Below are positions 42,650 to 55,183 of a stretch of 64,000 nucleotides of DNA, piece by piece (positions within the stretch are counted from its first letter, which is position 1; each line of letters begins with the position of its first letter). The notes below the pieces were generated by a model. It searched no databases. It had not been told where the DNA came from and saw nothing but the letters and a program-made list of their open reading frames with translations. The DNA lies in the NCBI GenBank assembly GCA_028534125.1, contig CM052817.1, positions 35,962,001 through 36,026,000 of the forward strand, in the 5' to 3' direction. This DNA is from Lama glama (lineage: Eukaryota). A program made the translations under genes and the position numbers.

Positions 42650-43967
42650 ATAGCTCATATCACTCTGGCACTGTGGCTTAAGGAGTATCAGTTATCTAGT
42701 TCTCCTGGAGACGCTGTACTCTTAATGATTTTATTGAGAGGTCTTTTGCAAACTCAACTTGCTGTTTCCGGAGGCCCTCTGTTGGCACCCTCTTCTGTGC
42801 TGCTCCCAGTGGCTGTCGGCTAGCAGATCGTGCCCCCTCCCAACACTGGGTCAGGGGTTGAGCTCTTATCTGGTGGGTGGGTGGGTCACTCCCGCTCCTG
42901 AAGCCGCAGTCAGATGCTGTGCTCAGGGGAGGCAGGTGGGCGGATCACATCCCCTCCCAGCACTGTGGTCAGGTGCCGCGTTCCTGCTAGGAAGGTGGGT
43001 TGCCGCCCGCTCTTGCCCAGCGCTGGTCGCTCTGCTGCTCTGTGCAGCTGCCAGCTCCGCCTCCAGTCAGCTCTCCAAAGGCGGGCTTGGGGAAGACCAC
43101 GGAATGGCCCTGCCTCTGCTCTGTGCCAAATCTCAGCTCCTTGTTTGTCTTGGCGGCACAAGTTCTCTGAGGTGCCAGGGCAGAGAGATCCTATCTGCCT
43201 CTAGCTGTAAATAAGTCTCAGTCCTGCCTAGGAGGTTGTGGAGCCCCTGGGTGAGGATTCAGGTCTCAGCCCCACCCCAACCCGGGCGCTGCGCACAGGA
43301 GAACATGGCAGCTGTAGCTGCGCCCCACCTCTCTTCTCCCGAGAAGTGCCAGTAATGGTGGCGTAGGTCTCAGGAGACAAATGCTATTGCGCCCCTCCCC
43401 CTGGGGCACACCAGCCATGTTGCTTTGCTTTTTTTGCAATTTATGGGGGACTGAGGTGGTTCTGCTCTGTATCCCCTCCCAGCCACGGCATGCAGCCCCC
43501 TGCAGTCCCCTGGGGCTGCCTCAGTGCAGCTGTCCCAGTCCGCTGCCCGGCTCGGGCCACCTGCCCCGGCCCCAGCTGTCGGCTCACGTCTCGGGCTGGG
43601 TGTCGCGGGGACCCTTTGTGCCCATTTAACTCAGTTCTGTCGGTCAAGGGGTGCTCGGGGCAGATCTGAGCCTCGGAAGTCCCCCCTCCGTCTCACTGGC
43701 CTCTCCGTTGGGGAGGGGAGACCCAGTGAATGAGCGCCAGCCCTCCTTTGCTGCTCCCTCCTTGCAGGATCGGTCCTGCACTGTTTTGCTTTTTCTTCTT
43801 TGTTTTTTTCCTACCAGATTTCTGGCATCTTTGTCTTTCGAAGAGGGCAATGTTCTGTCAGTTCGGCAGGTGCTCTGGTTGGCTGAGTGGGTCCATAGAT
43901 GTGAGTTTTGGTGTATTTGTGGGAGAGGGTGCGCTGCAAGTGTCCTACTCCGCCATCTTGCTTCTCC
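42650..43967 (-). promoter_or_regulatory. L1 5'UTR internal promoter; most CpG-rich segment of the window
   Basis: High GC and many retained CpGs; cgccatcttg (YY1 consensus) at 43951-43960, at the L1 5' end. Activity is inferred, not shown. Confidence 0.7.
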
Positions 43968-46618
43968 CTGTTTGTTTTATATATAGTTGTTAGTATCTGT
44001 GAATCTCAAACTCTCATTTTATCCCTTCCCACCCCCTTTCCCCACTGGTAACCATGAGTTTGCTTTCTATATCTGTGAATCTGTTTCTGGTTTGTGAATA
44101 AGTTCATTTGTGTGTCTTTTTTTTTTTTCTTTCAGATTCCACATATGAGTGGTATGTGGTATTTTTCTTTCTCTTTCTGGCTTATTTCACTTAGAATAAC
44201 AATCTCCAGGTCCATCCATGTTGCTGCAAGTGGTGTTATTTTATTGTTTTTATTGTTGAGTAGTATTCCATTGTGTGTGTGTGTGTGTGTGTGTATACAT
44301 ATACATATACACCACAACTTCTTTATCCAGTCATCTGTCAGTGGACATTTAGGTTGGTTCCATGTGTGGGCTATTGTAGATAGTGCTACTGTGAACACTG
44401 GGTTGCATGTATCTTCTTCAATTAGATTTCCCTCCAGATATATGCCCAGGAGTGGGATTGCTGGATCATGTGGTAAGTCTATTTTTAGTTTTTTGAGTAA
44501 TCTTTATACTGTTTTCCATAATGGCTGCACCAAACTACATTCCTACCAACAGTGTAGGAGGGTTTCCTTTTCTCCGTACCCTCTCTAGCATTTATCACTT
44601 GTGGACTCTTTAGTGATGACAATTCTGACTGGTGTGAGGTGATACCTCATTGTAGTCTTGATTTGCATTTCTCTGATAATTACTGTGGTATTAAACATTT
44701 TTCATGTGCCTATTGGCCATTTGTATGTCTTCATTGGAGAATTGCTTGTTTAGGTCTTCTGCCCACTTTTGGATTGGGTTGTTTGCTTTTTTGTTAAGTT
44801 GTATGAGCTGTTTATATATTCTGGAACTTAAACCCTTGTCAGCCACATCAGTTGCAAATATTTTCTCCCATTCCATAGGTTGTCATTTTGTTTTGCTTAT
44901 GGTTTCTTTTGCTGTGCAAAAACTTTTAAGTTTAATAGGTCCCATTTGTTTATTTTTGCTTTAATTTCTGTTGCCTGGGTAAGCTGCCCTAGAAGATTTA
45001 TGTCAGAGGGTGTTTTGCCTATGTTTTCTTCTAGGTGGTTTATAGTGTCTGGTCTTATGCTTAAGTCTTTAAGCCATCTTGAGTTTATTTTTGTGTATGA
45101 TGTAAGAGAGTGTTCTAATTTCATTGATTTACATGTGGCTGTCCAGTTTCACAACACTATTTACTGAGGAGACTGTGTTTTCTCCATTGTATGTTCTTGC
45201 CTCCTTTGTCAAAGATTAATTGACGGTAGATCTGTAGGTTTATTTCTGGGCTCTCTATTCTGTTTTGTTGATTGATATGTTTGTTTTTGTGCCAATACCA
45301 TGCTGTTTTGATTACTGTAGCTCTGTTGTATTATCTGAAGTTTGGGAGGATTATTCCTCTAGCTTCATTCTTTTCCTTCAGTATTGCTTTCACAATTTTT
45401 GGTCTTTGTGGGTCCATATAAATTTTAGGAATATTTGTTCTAGTTCTGTGAAAAATGTCCTGCGTAATTTGATAGGGATTGCATGAAATACGTAGATTGC
45501 TTTGGATAGTATGGCCATTTTAACAGTATTGGTTCTTCCAATCCAAGAGCATGGGATATCTTTCCATTTCTTTAGATCATCTTTAATGCCCTTAATAAAA
45601 ATACACCTATTATATTGACCTGGTTGGGTAATTGTTGATGTAGTAGTCAAGGACTTTCATTAAAGAAGTTTTACGTTCTATTAGTGCTTTTGAGTAGAAA
45701 AGACTAACTCATCAATTGGTTACTAGTAAGTGGCACTGTTTATAAAATCTGCAACTTGAGGGGGAAAATGGAAGCTAAGATGCATAATGTAAATTGAATA
45801 CCTAGAAACACCAACATCTTAGTTCTTAAAAGGGGGAGCATTGCCAAGGAGGAGGGGCAGGTCAGGATACAAAAACAGTTCTGGAAAAATGTTCCCACTG
45901 CCTCAATTCCAAGGATCATTAAGAACTTTATTACTAGATGTTATCTTTTGAAACAGTCTTCCAGCTTCTCATTTGTACTAAATCTTTATTTATAACAGAT
46001 AAATGAATATAGATTGAACACACTAGATTCATAGATAGGACAGTACGCATTTGGAAACTTTCATACCCTTTAAAATAGTTATTAAACCTGGCCTTCAGTG
46101 ATTGCTTTCAATAATAGATTTTTTTTTTTTAATTTTGTGAAGAACTACCTAACGGGGAATGTCCCAGGATGTCCTCATTTTTCAATTGCGAAATAATTAG
46201 TTAAGGACAAAATATTTGCACTTAATGTATGTGGACAAGATTGGGCAATGTGACCTAATGATAATGCAATTAGGTACATTCAGGCCTGAGTGAACAATCA
46301 TATTCTAAGTGTAAGGATGTATTAAATGATTACAGTCCAAAGAGAGTTTGCAGATGAAGTGTTTCATCACTCTGTACCTACTGACACCTTTTATTAGTGA
46401 CTTAGATTAAGATATAGAAAATTTTATGCAGATGAAATTAGTCAATGAAACAGAGCTGTGAAGGATAACTAATACATAGAATAGCAAAGTTCGAAATAAA
46501 AGATTGAAGACTACTACCAAAATGTTAGTTGTTTCTTTTTATCCTATCATAGGTAGAAAAAATGAATTGAGACTTAGAAGACTGATGTTTAATTTACAGT
46601 GAGTAAATGTTCAGTCTT

Positions 46619-47244
46619 TTTTTTTTAACATTTTTTATTGATTTATAATCATTTTACAATGTTGTGTCAAATTCCAGTGTAAAAGCACAATTTTTCAGTT
46701 GTACATGAACATATATATATTCATTGTCACATTTTTTTCTCTGTGAGCTACCATAAGATCTTTCCCTGTATATATTTCCCTGTGCTATACAGTATGATCT
46801 TGTTTATCTATTCTACATTTTGAAATCCTAGTCTATCCCTTCCCACACCCCGCCCCCTTGGCAACCACAAGTTTGTATTCTATGTCTATGAGTCTATTTC
46901 TGTTTTGTATTTACACTTTTTTTTTTCTTTAGATTCCACATATGAGCGATCTCATATGGTATTTTTCTTTCTCTTTCTGGCTTACTGCACTTAGAATGAC
47001 ATTCTCTGGGAGCATCCATGTTGCTGCAAATGGCGTTATGTTGTCGGTTTTTATGGCTGAGTAGTATTCCATTATATAAATATACCACATCTTCTTATCC
47101 AGTCATCTGTTGATGGACATTTAGGCTGTTTCCATGTCTTGGCTATTGTAAATAGTGCTACTATGAACATCGGGTTGCAGGTGTCATTTTGAAGTAGGGT
47201 TCCTTCTGGATACATGCCCAGTAGTGGGATTCCTGGGTCATATG
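46619..47244 (-). mobile_element. 5'-truncated young L1 (~630 bp) with a perfect 16-bp TSD
   Basis: TSD gtaaatgttcagtctt at 46603-46618 and 47245-47260; endonuclease site TCTT/AA; 3'UTR closely similar to those at 41070-41700 and 52140-52780. Confidence 0.95.
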
Positions 47245-48331
47245 GTAAATGTTCAGTCTTAAACTTTGATTTTCAAGAGAGATTAGGACTCGAAAGACCT
47301 AATTTAATAGCAACCCCTATGAAAAAGCCTAGAGCATTCTAGCCAACTGCAAGTTCAGCGTAGACCAACAGTGTTACTTCGAAAGCTAGAATCTTACTCT
47401 GCATAATAAAAAAACATTTGTATGATTATTTATAGTTTGCAAAGCACTTTTTTTTTTAAAGTTGGGGTTACTGAGATATAGTTTATGTAGTGTAAAATGC
47501 TTTCATTTTAGTATAGTGTTCTAAGTTTCCGTAAAGTCATACAGTATGTCACCACCACTGCAATTAAGATGTGGGCCATTTCTGTCATTCCACACAGTTT
47601 GCTCATGTTCCCTTTAGTCAACCCTTCCCTTTACCGAAGCCGGTGGTAACCACTCACCATTCTCTGACCCCACAGCTTTGCAAAGCATTTTTCACCTAAC
47701 TTTTAATAGATCTTATATTTATTGAGTGCTGTGATGCATATAATATATAGCTTTAACTTGTAGTTAATGTGAATATGACTATTTCAAATGTATCTTGCTT
47801 CATCATTTTATCTGCCTTCCATCAGGCAGTCATAACTGAAGAGTTATAATAACCAGATGTCAGTGTCCTGTGTATAGAGGATGATGCATTCCTTATTTTT
47901 TTACTGTATTATGCTAAAATATGCATAACATGAAATCTTCAGTCTTAATGATTTTAAGTGTACAATTCAAAGGTTTTAAACACATTCACGTTGTTGTGAA
48001 AACCTCAGCAACATCCATCCCCATTACTCTCTTTATCTTGTAAAACTGCAGCTATACCCCTTAAACACTGACTCCCACTCTTCCCCTGTCCCCTGGCACC
48101 ATCATTATCCTTTCTGTCCTTATGATTTTGACTATTTTATTAAGTACTTTATGTAAGTGGAATCATGCAGTATTTATCTTTTTATGCCTGGTTTATTTTA
48201 CTTAATGTCCTAAAAGTTCACCTATGTTACAGCATTATAGTAGAATTTAAATTGGTTTTAAGGCTGAATAATATTACATTGTGTGTATATATATGTGTGT
48301 ATTATATATATATTATATAAATATATATATA

Positions 48332-48538
48332 TAGTTGACCCTTGCACAACATCTGTTTGAACTGTGCAGGTCCACTTATATATGAAATTTTTCAACAAAT
48401 GCTGTAGTATTACACCACGTGAGGCTGGTTGAATCGACGAATGTGGAACCATGGATATAGAAGGCTGATTATAAAGTTACATGAAGATTTTTAAGTATAC
48501 AGGGATCTGCCCCTACCCCCTTCATTGTTCAAAGGTCC
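48332..48538. mobile_element. Tigger2-derived MITE (MER8-like)
   Basis: TIRs agttgacccttgcacaaca ... ttgttcaaaggtc; inserted in a TA-rich run within the old L1. Confidence 0.8.
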
Positions 48539-50082
48539 ACATTTTGCTTATCCATTCATCTGTCCATGGACATTTGAGTTGTTTCCACTTTTTAACTATT
48601 GTGAATAATGCTGCTATAAATATTGGTATACAAATATCTCTTCTAGATCCTGCTTTTAATTCTTTTGGGTACATACTCAGAAGTGGAATTGGTGGATCAT
48701 ATGGTAATTTTATTTTTAGTTTTTTGAGGCACTGCCATATTGTTTCACATAGGGGCTGTACCAGTTTACATTCTAACCAACAATGTACAACAGTTTCAAT
48801 TTCTCTACATCATCACCTACACTTATTGTTGTGTGTGTGTTTTTTTATATATATATATAGTAGCCATCCTAATTAGTGTGAGATGGTATCTCGTTGCAGT
48901 TTTGATTTCCATTTCCCTAGCGATTAATGATGTTGAGCATCTTTCATGTGGTAATTGGCCATTAATATATCTTATTTGGAGAAATGTCTATTTAAATCCT
49001 TTGCTCACTTTTGAATCAGGTGTTTTTTTTTTGTTGTCGTTATTGTTGAGTTGTAGGAGTTCTCTATGTATTCTGGACATCAAACCCTTATTAGATACAT
49101 GATTTACAAGTATTTTCTACTATTCTGGGTTGTCTTTTTACTCTGTTGATAGTGGCTTTTGATGCACAAAAAATTTTAATTTTTATTGAGTCCAATTTGT
49201 CTATTTTCTTTTGTCTGTGTCTTTGATGTCATATCCAAAAAATCATTGCCAAATCCTATATCATGAAGATTTGTCCTTTGTTTTCTTCCAAAAGTTTTAT
49301 CACTTTAGATCCTTGATCCATTTTGAGTTAATTTTTGTATATGGTGCTAGGCCAGGGCCAACTTCATTCTCTGCATGTGAATATCCAGTTTTCTCAGTAC
49401 CATTTGTTGAAAACACTGTCCATTTCCCATTGGTGTTAGTATCCTTGCCAAAAATCATTTGATCACGTATGATAGGGTTCATTTTTAGCTCTCTGTTCTA
49501 TTCTGTTGGTCTATATGTCTATCTTTATGTCTGTACCATACTGTTTTGATTACTGTAGCTTTGTAGTAAGTTTCAACATCAGGAAATGTGTCTTCTGTAT
49601 TTCTTTTTTTCTTTTTTTTGGGAGGTTTGTTTTAGCTATTAGGGGTGCCTTAAGATTCCATATGGATTTTAAGATGGGTTTTTCTATTTCTGTGGAAAAT
49701 GCCATTGAAATTTTTACAGGAATTGCATCAAATCTGTAGACTGTTTTGGGTAGTATTCACATTTCAACAATATTAAGTCTTCCAATCCATGAACATTTGA
49801 TATGCTTTCATTTACTTATGTCTTCTTTAATTTCTCTCACCAGTGTTTTGTAGTTTTCATTGTATAAGTCTTTCACCTCCTTGGTAAATTTATTCTTAAG
49901 TGTTTTGTTCTTTATGATGCTATTGTAAATGGAGTTGTTTTTGTAATTTCCTTTTCAGATTGTTTGTCGTGTTTAGAAATACAACTGAATTTTGTGTGTT
50001 GACTTTGTATCTGCTACTTTGCTGAACTCAGTTATTATTTCTGACAGGTTTTTTTGTGTTTTCTTTAATTTTCTTACGTGTA

Positions 50083-50732
50083 TTTTTTATTGAAGTGTAG
50101 TTGATTTACATTACTGCGTTAGTTTCAGATATACAGCATAATGATTTCAGTATTTTTGCAGGTTATACTCCATTATAAGTTATTACAAGATAATGAGTAT
50201 AATTCCCTATGCTATACAGTATATTCTTATTGCTTATCTATTTTTATGTATAGTAGTTTGTATTCTGTTAATCTCATACTCCTAATTTGTCTCTTCCCCT
50301 TTGATAACCACAAATTTGTTTTCTGTATTTGTAAGTTTGTTTCTGTTTTGCATATACATTCATTTGTATTATTTCTTTAGATTCCACATATAAGTGGAAT
50401 ACAATATTTGTCTCTCTCTGTCTGACTTATTTCACTAAGCATAATATTCTCCAGGTCCATCCACACTGCTGCAAGTGGCAGTACTTTAATCTCTTTATGG
50501 CGAGTAATATTCAATTGTGTATGTATACACACCATGTCTTCTTAATCCAGTTGTCTGTTGATGGGCAGACATCATCAGACATCTGTTGATGGATTGCTTC
50601 CAGGTCTAGGGTTTTGTAAATAGTGCTGCTGTGAACATTGGGATACATATATCTTTTTGAATTAGTGTTTTCATTTCATTTATATACCCAGGAGTTAAAT
50701 TGCTGGATCATATGATAGTTCTATTTTTAGTT
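50083..50732 (-). mobile_element. L1 3' end nested in the old L1
   Basis: A new tail tttttttattgaagtgtagttgatttaca... interrupts host ORF2 and ends near ggatcatatgatagttctatttttag. Confidence 0.8.
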
Positions 50733-52125
50733 AGGTTATGTTTTCTGCAAACAAGAGATACTTTTACTTCTTCCTTTCCAGTTGGGATGCTTTTTATTTC
50801 TTCTTCTTGTGTAATTGCTCTGGCTAGAACTTCCAGTACTGTGCTGAATAAAAGTGATGAAAACGGGCATCCCCTTGCCTTGTTACTATTTTAGAGAAAA
50901 ATCTCCAGTTTTTCACCATTGAGTATGATATTTGCTGTGGAGTTTTCATATGTGACTTTTATTGTGTTGAGATAGTTACCTTCTCTCTCTAGTTTGTTGA
51001 GTTTATCATAAAAGTGTGTTGAATTTTGTCAAATGCTTTTTTTTTTGCATCAAATGAGATTGTCATGCATCTTTTTTCCTTCATTCTGTTCATGTGGCAT
51101 ATTATACTCATTATTGTATGTTGAAGCATCTATATATTATAGGAATAAATACTACTTGATCATGGTATATAATTATTTTAATATGCTAGTATTTTGTTGA
51201 GAATTTATCATCAGGGTTTATAAGGGATTTTGGTCTGCAGTTTTATTGTAGTGTCTGTCTGGCCTTGGAATCAATGAAATTTGGTCACATAGAATGAGTT
51301 AGGAAGTATTCTTTCCTCTTGAGTTTTTTAGAAAATTTTGAGAAAAAATTAGCATAGGTTCTTCTTTAAATGTTTAGTGGAATTTACCAGTGAAGCCATC
51401 AGGTACAGGGCTTTTCTTTGTAGATTTTTTGATTACTGATTCAACCTTCTTACTAGTTACAGAGAGATTCAAATTTTCTATTTCTTCATAATTTAGTGTT
51501 GGTAGGTTTTGTGTTTCTAGAAATTTGTCCATTTAATCTAGGTTTTCTAATTTGATGTGTAAATATTTATAGTAGGCTCTTATGATCCTCTTTATTTCTG
51601 TAGAATTGATAGTAATAGCTTCACTTTCATTTCTAGTTTTAACAATTTGAGCCTTGTCTCTTTTTTTCTTAATCCATCTAGCTAAATATTTGTCAATTTC
51701 AAAGAACCAGCTTTTGGTTTCATTAGTTGTCTCTATTTTTCTATTGTTATTTATCTCTGCTCTAACCTTGATTATCTCCTTCCTTCTGCTAGCTTTGGAC
51801 TTTTTAAAAATTCCTTTTCTAGTTCCTTAAGTTGTAGAGTTAGGTTTTGGATTTGTATTCTTTTCAAAAAATTTACTTGTTCATAGCTATAAACTTACTC
51901 CTTAGCTCTACTTCGCTGCATCCTGTAAGTTTTGGTTTGTTGTGGTTTTGTTTTCATTCATCTCTCAGTATTTTCTAATTATCCTTGAGATTTTTTTCTT
52001 TGAACCATTGATTATGTGTCATTTAAGTCCACAGATTTGTGAATTTTCCAATTTTCTTTGTTATTGATTTCTATCCTCATCCTATTATGGTAAGAAAAGA
52101 TACATTGTATGCTATCTGTCTTTTT

Positions 52126-55100
52126 ATTTTATTTTATTTTTTTAACTTTTTTATTGAGTTATAGTCATTTTACAATGTTGTGTCAAATTCCAGTATAGAG
52201 CACAGTTTTTCAATTATACATAAACATACATATATTCATTGTCACATTTTTTTCTGCTGTGAACTACCACAAGATCTTGTATATATTTCCCTGTACTATA
52301 CACTATAGTCTTGTTTATCTATTCTACATTTTGAAATCTCAGTCTGTCCCTTCCCACCCTCCACCCACTTGGCAACCACAAGTTTGTATTCTATGTCTGT
52401 GAGTCTCTTTCTGTTTTGTATTTATGGGTTTTTCTTTCTTTTTTTTTAGATTCCACATATGAGTGAGCTCATGTGGTATTTTTCTTTCTCTTTCTGGCTT
52501 AATTCACTTAGAATGACATTCTCCAGGGACATCCATGTTGCTGCAAATGGCATTACGTTGTCGATTTTTATGGCTGAATAGTATTCCATTGTATAAATAT
52601 GCCACATCTTCTTTATCCAGCCATCTGTTGATGGACATTTAGGCTGTTTCCATGTCTTGGCTATTGTAAATAGTGCTACTATGAACATTGGGGTGCAGGT
52701 GTCATTTTGATGTAGGGTTCCTTCTGGATATATGCCCAGGAGCAGGATGACTGGGTCATATTGTAAGTCTATTCCTAGTCTTTTGAGGACTCTCCATACT
52801 GTTTTCCACAGTGGCTGCACCAAACTGCATTCCCAGCAGCAGTATAGGAGGGTTCCCTTTTCTCCACAGCCTCTCCAGCATTTGTCATTTGTGGACTTTT
52901 GAATGACAGCCATTCTGACTGCTGTGAGGTGATACCTCATCATAGTTTTGATTTGCATTTGTCTGATAATTAGTGATATTGAGCATTTTTTCATGTGCCT
53001 ATTGAACATTTGTATTTCTTCCTTGGAGAATTGCTTGTTCAGGTCTGTGCACATTTTTGGATTGGGTTGTTTGGTTTTTTCTTATTGAGTCGTATGAGCT
53101 GCTTATATATTCTGGAGATCAGGCCTTTGTCAGTTTCATTTGCAAAAATGTTCTCCCATTCTGTAGGTTGTCATTTTGTTTTGCTTATGGTTTCCTTTAC
53201 TGTGCAGAAGCTTGTAAGTTTAATTAGGTCCCATTTGTTTATTCTTGCTTTATTTCTATTGCTTGGATAGACTGCCCTAGGAGAACATTTTTGAGGTGTA
53301 TGTCAGAGAATGTTTTGCCTATATTTTCTTCTAGGAGGTTTATCATATCTTGTCTTATGTTTAAGTCTTTGATCCATTTTGAGTTTATTTTTGTGTATGG
53401 TATATGGGCATGTTCTAGCTTCATCGCTTTACATGTTGCTGTCCAGTTTTCCCAACACCATTTGCTGAAGAGACTGTCTTTATTCCATTGTATATTCTTG
53501 CCTCCTTTGTCGAAGATTAGTTGACCAAAAGTTTGTGGGTTCATTTCTGGGCTCTCTATTCTGTTCCATTGGTCTATATGTCTGTTCTTGTAACTGTACC
53601 ATGCTGTTTTTATTACTGTAGCTCTGTAGTATTGTTTGAAGTCTGGAAGAGTTATTCCTCCAGCCTCTTTCTTTCTCTTCAGTAATGTTTTGGCAATCCT
53701 AGGTCTTTTGTGGTTCCATATAAATTTTATTATGATTTGTTCTAGTTCCATGAAATATGTCCTGGGTAATTAGATAGGGATTGCATTAAATCTGTAGGTT
53801 GCCTTGGGCAGTGTGACCATTTTAACAATATTGATTCTTCCAATCCAGGAGCAGGGGTTATCCTTCCATTTTTTAAAGTCTTCTTTAATTTCCTTTATCA
53901 GTGTTTTGTAGTTCTCCATGTAAACGTCTTTCACTTCCTTGGTTAGATACTCCTAGGTATTTTATTACTTTGGGTGCTATTTGAAAGGGGATTGTTTCTT
54001 TACTTTCTTTTTCTGTTGATTTATTGTTAGTGTAAAGAAATGCAACTGATTTTTGAACGTTAATCTTGTAACCTACTACCTTGCTGAATTCTTCAATTAT
54101 TTCTTGTAGTTTTTGTGTGCAGCTTTTAGGGTTTTCTATATGTAGTATCATGTCATCTGCATATAGTGACACTTTTATCTCTTCTTTTCCAATTTGGATC
54201 CCTTTTATTTCTCTCTCTTGCCTGATTGCTGTGGCTAGGACTTCCAAGACTACATTGAATAGTTGTGATGATAGTGGGTAGCCTTGTCTTGTCCCAGATT
54301 TTAGTGGGAAGCTTTTGAGTTTTTCACTGTTGAGTACTATGCTGNNNNNNNNNNNNNNNNNNNNNNNNNNNNNNNNNNNNNNNNNNNNNNNNNNNNNNNN
54401 NNNNNNNNNNNNNNNNNNNNNNNNNNNNNNNNNNNNNNNNNNNNNNNNNNNNNNNNNNNNNNNNNNNNNNNNNNNNNNNNNNNNNNNNNNNNNNNNNNNN
54501 NNNNNNNNNNNNNNNNNNNNNNNNNNNNNNNNNNNNNNNNNNNNNNNNNNNNNNNNNNNNNNNNNNNNNNNNNNNNNNNNNNNNNNNNNNNNNNNNNNNN
54601 NNNNNNNNNNNNNNNNNNNNNNNNNNNNNNNNNNNNNNNNNNNNNNNNNNNNNNNNNNNNNNNNNNNNNNNNNNNNNNNNNNNNNNNNNNNNNNNNNNNN
54701 NNNNNNNNNNNNNNNNNNNNNNNNNNNNNNNNNNNNNNNNNNNNNNNNNNNNNNNNNNNNNNNNNNNNNNNNNNNNNNNNNNNNNNNNNNNNNNNNNNNN
54801 NNNNNNNNNNNNNNNNNNNNNNNNNNNNNNNNNNNNNNNNNNNNTTTTTTTCTCCTTTGTTTCTGTGTAGTTGATTTCCAGTTTCATGGCATTGTGGTCA
54901 GTAAAGGTGCTTGAGATAATTTCTATCACCTTAAAATTGTTGAGGCTTCTTTTGTGCCCAAGTACATGATCAATCCTAGAAAATGTTCCATGTGCACTTG
55001 AAAAGTATGTATGTCCTATTGTGGGGGGGTGTAATGCTCTGAAAATATCCACCAACTCTAATTTTTCTATTGTATCATTTAATTTCTCTTTTGCCTCATT

Positions 55101-55183
55101 TATTTTCTGTGTGGAAGATCTGTCTAGTGATGTTAATGTGGTATTAAAATCTCCGACAATGATTGTATTCCCATCAATTTCCA
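52126..55183 (-). mobile_element. Young L1, 5'-truncated in the endonuclease domain, frameshifted ORF2, 14-bp TSD, contains a 500-N gap
   Basis: TSD ctatctgtcttttt at 52112-52125 and 55184-55197, site TTTT/AA. Motifs IIVGDFNT, TFSRIDH, TDHNAMKLEI (EN), SLYADDM (RT), [14 protein letters not shown] (C-terminal Cys motif). Confidence 0.95.
54345..54844. other. Assembly gap (500 N)
   Basis: Run of N. Confidence 0.99.

Larger units (their letters stand above)
41057..43967 (-). mobile_element. Young L1 with both termini and a TSD but lacking most of ORF2
   Basis: 5' end ggagaagcaagatggcgg (YY1-type motif), GC-rich 5'UTR, ORF1, 100-N gap, junction to the ORF2 tail at 41730/41731, 3'UTR and A-rich tail. 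TSD ctgtttatttt (41046-41056) / ctgtttgtttt (43968-43978). Confidence 0.9.
40878..45595 (-). mobile_element. 5'-truncated L1 (3'UTR plus ORF2 C-terminal part) split by the nested element; own sequence 40878-41056 and 43968-45595
   Basis: The 3'UTR continues across the insertion (...atttgctgtttatttt|atatatagttgttag...). ORF2 remnants [27 protein letters not shown]; internal (TG)n at ~44272-44295. Confidence 0.9.

Noticed and set aside
42623..43993. Overlapping GC-rich ORFs as a host gene, CpG-island promoter or ORF0
   Set aside because: They lie inside the L1 5'UTR, where stops are rare; ORF0 is described for primate L1 and I see no similarity.
52446..54247. Long ORFs as a functional reverse transcriptase gene
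   Set aside because: Frameshifted fragments of L1 ORF2; the element is 5'-truncated and the C-terminal motif has Tyr where His is expected.
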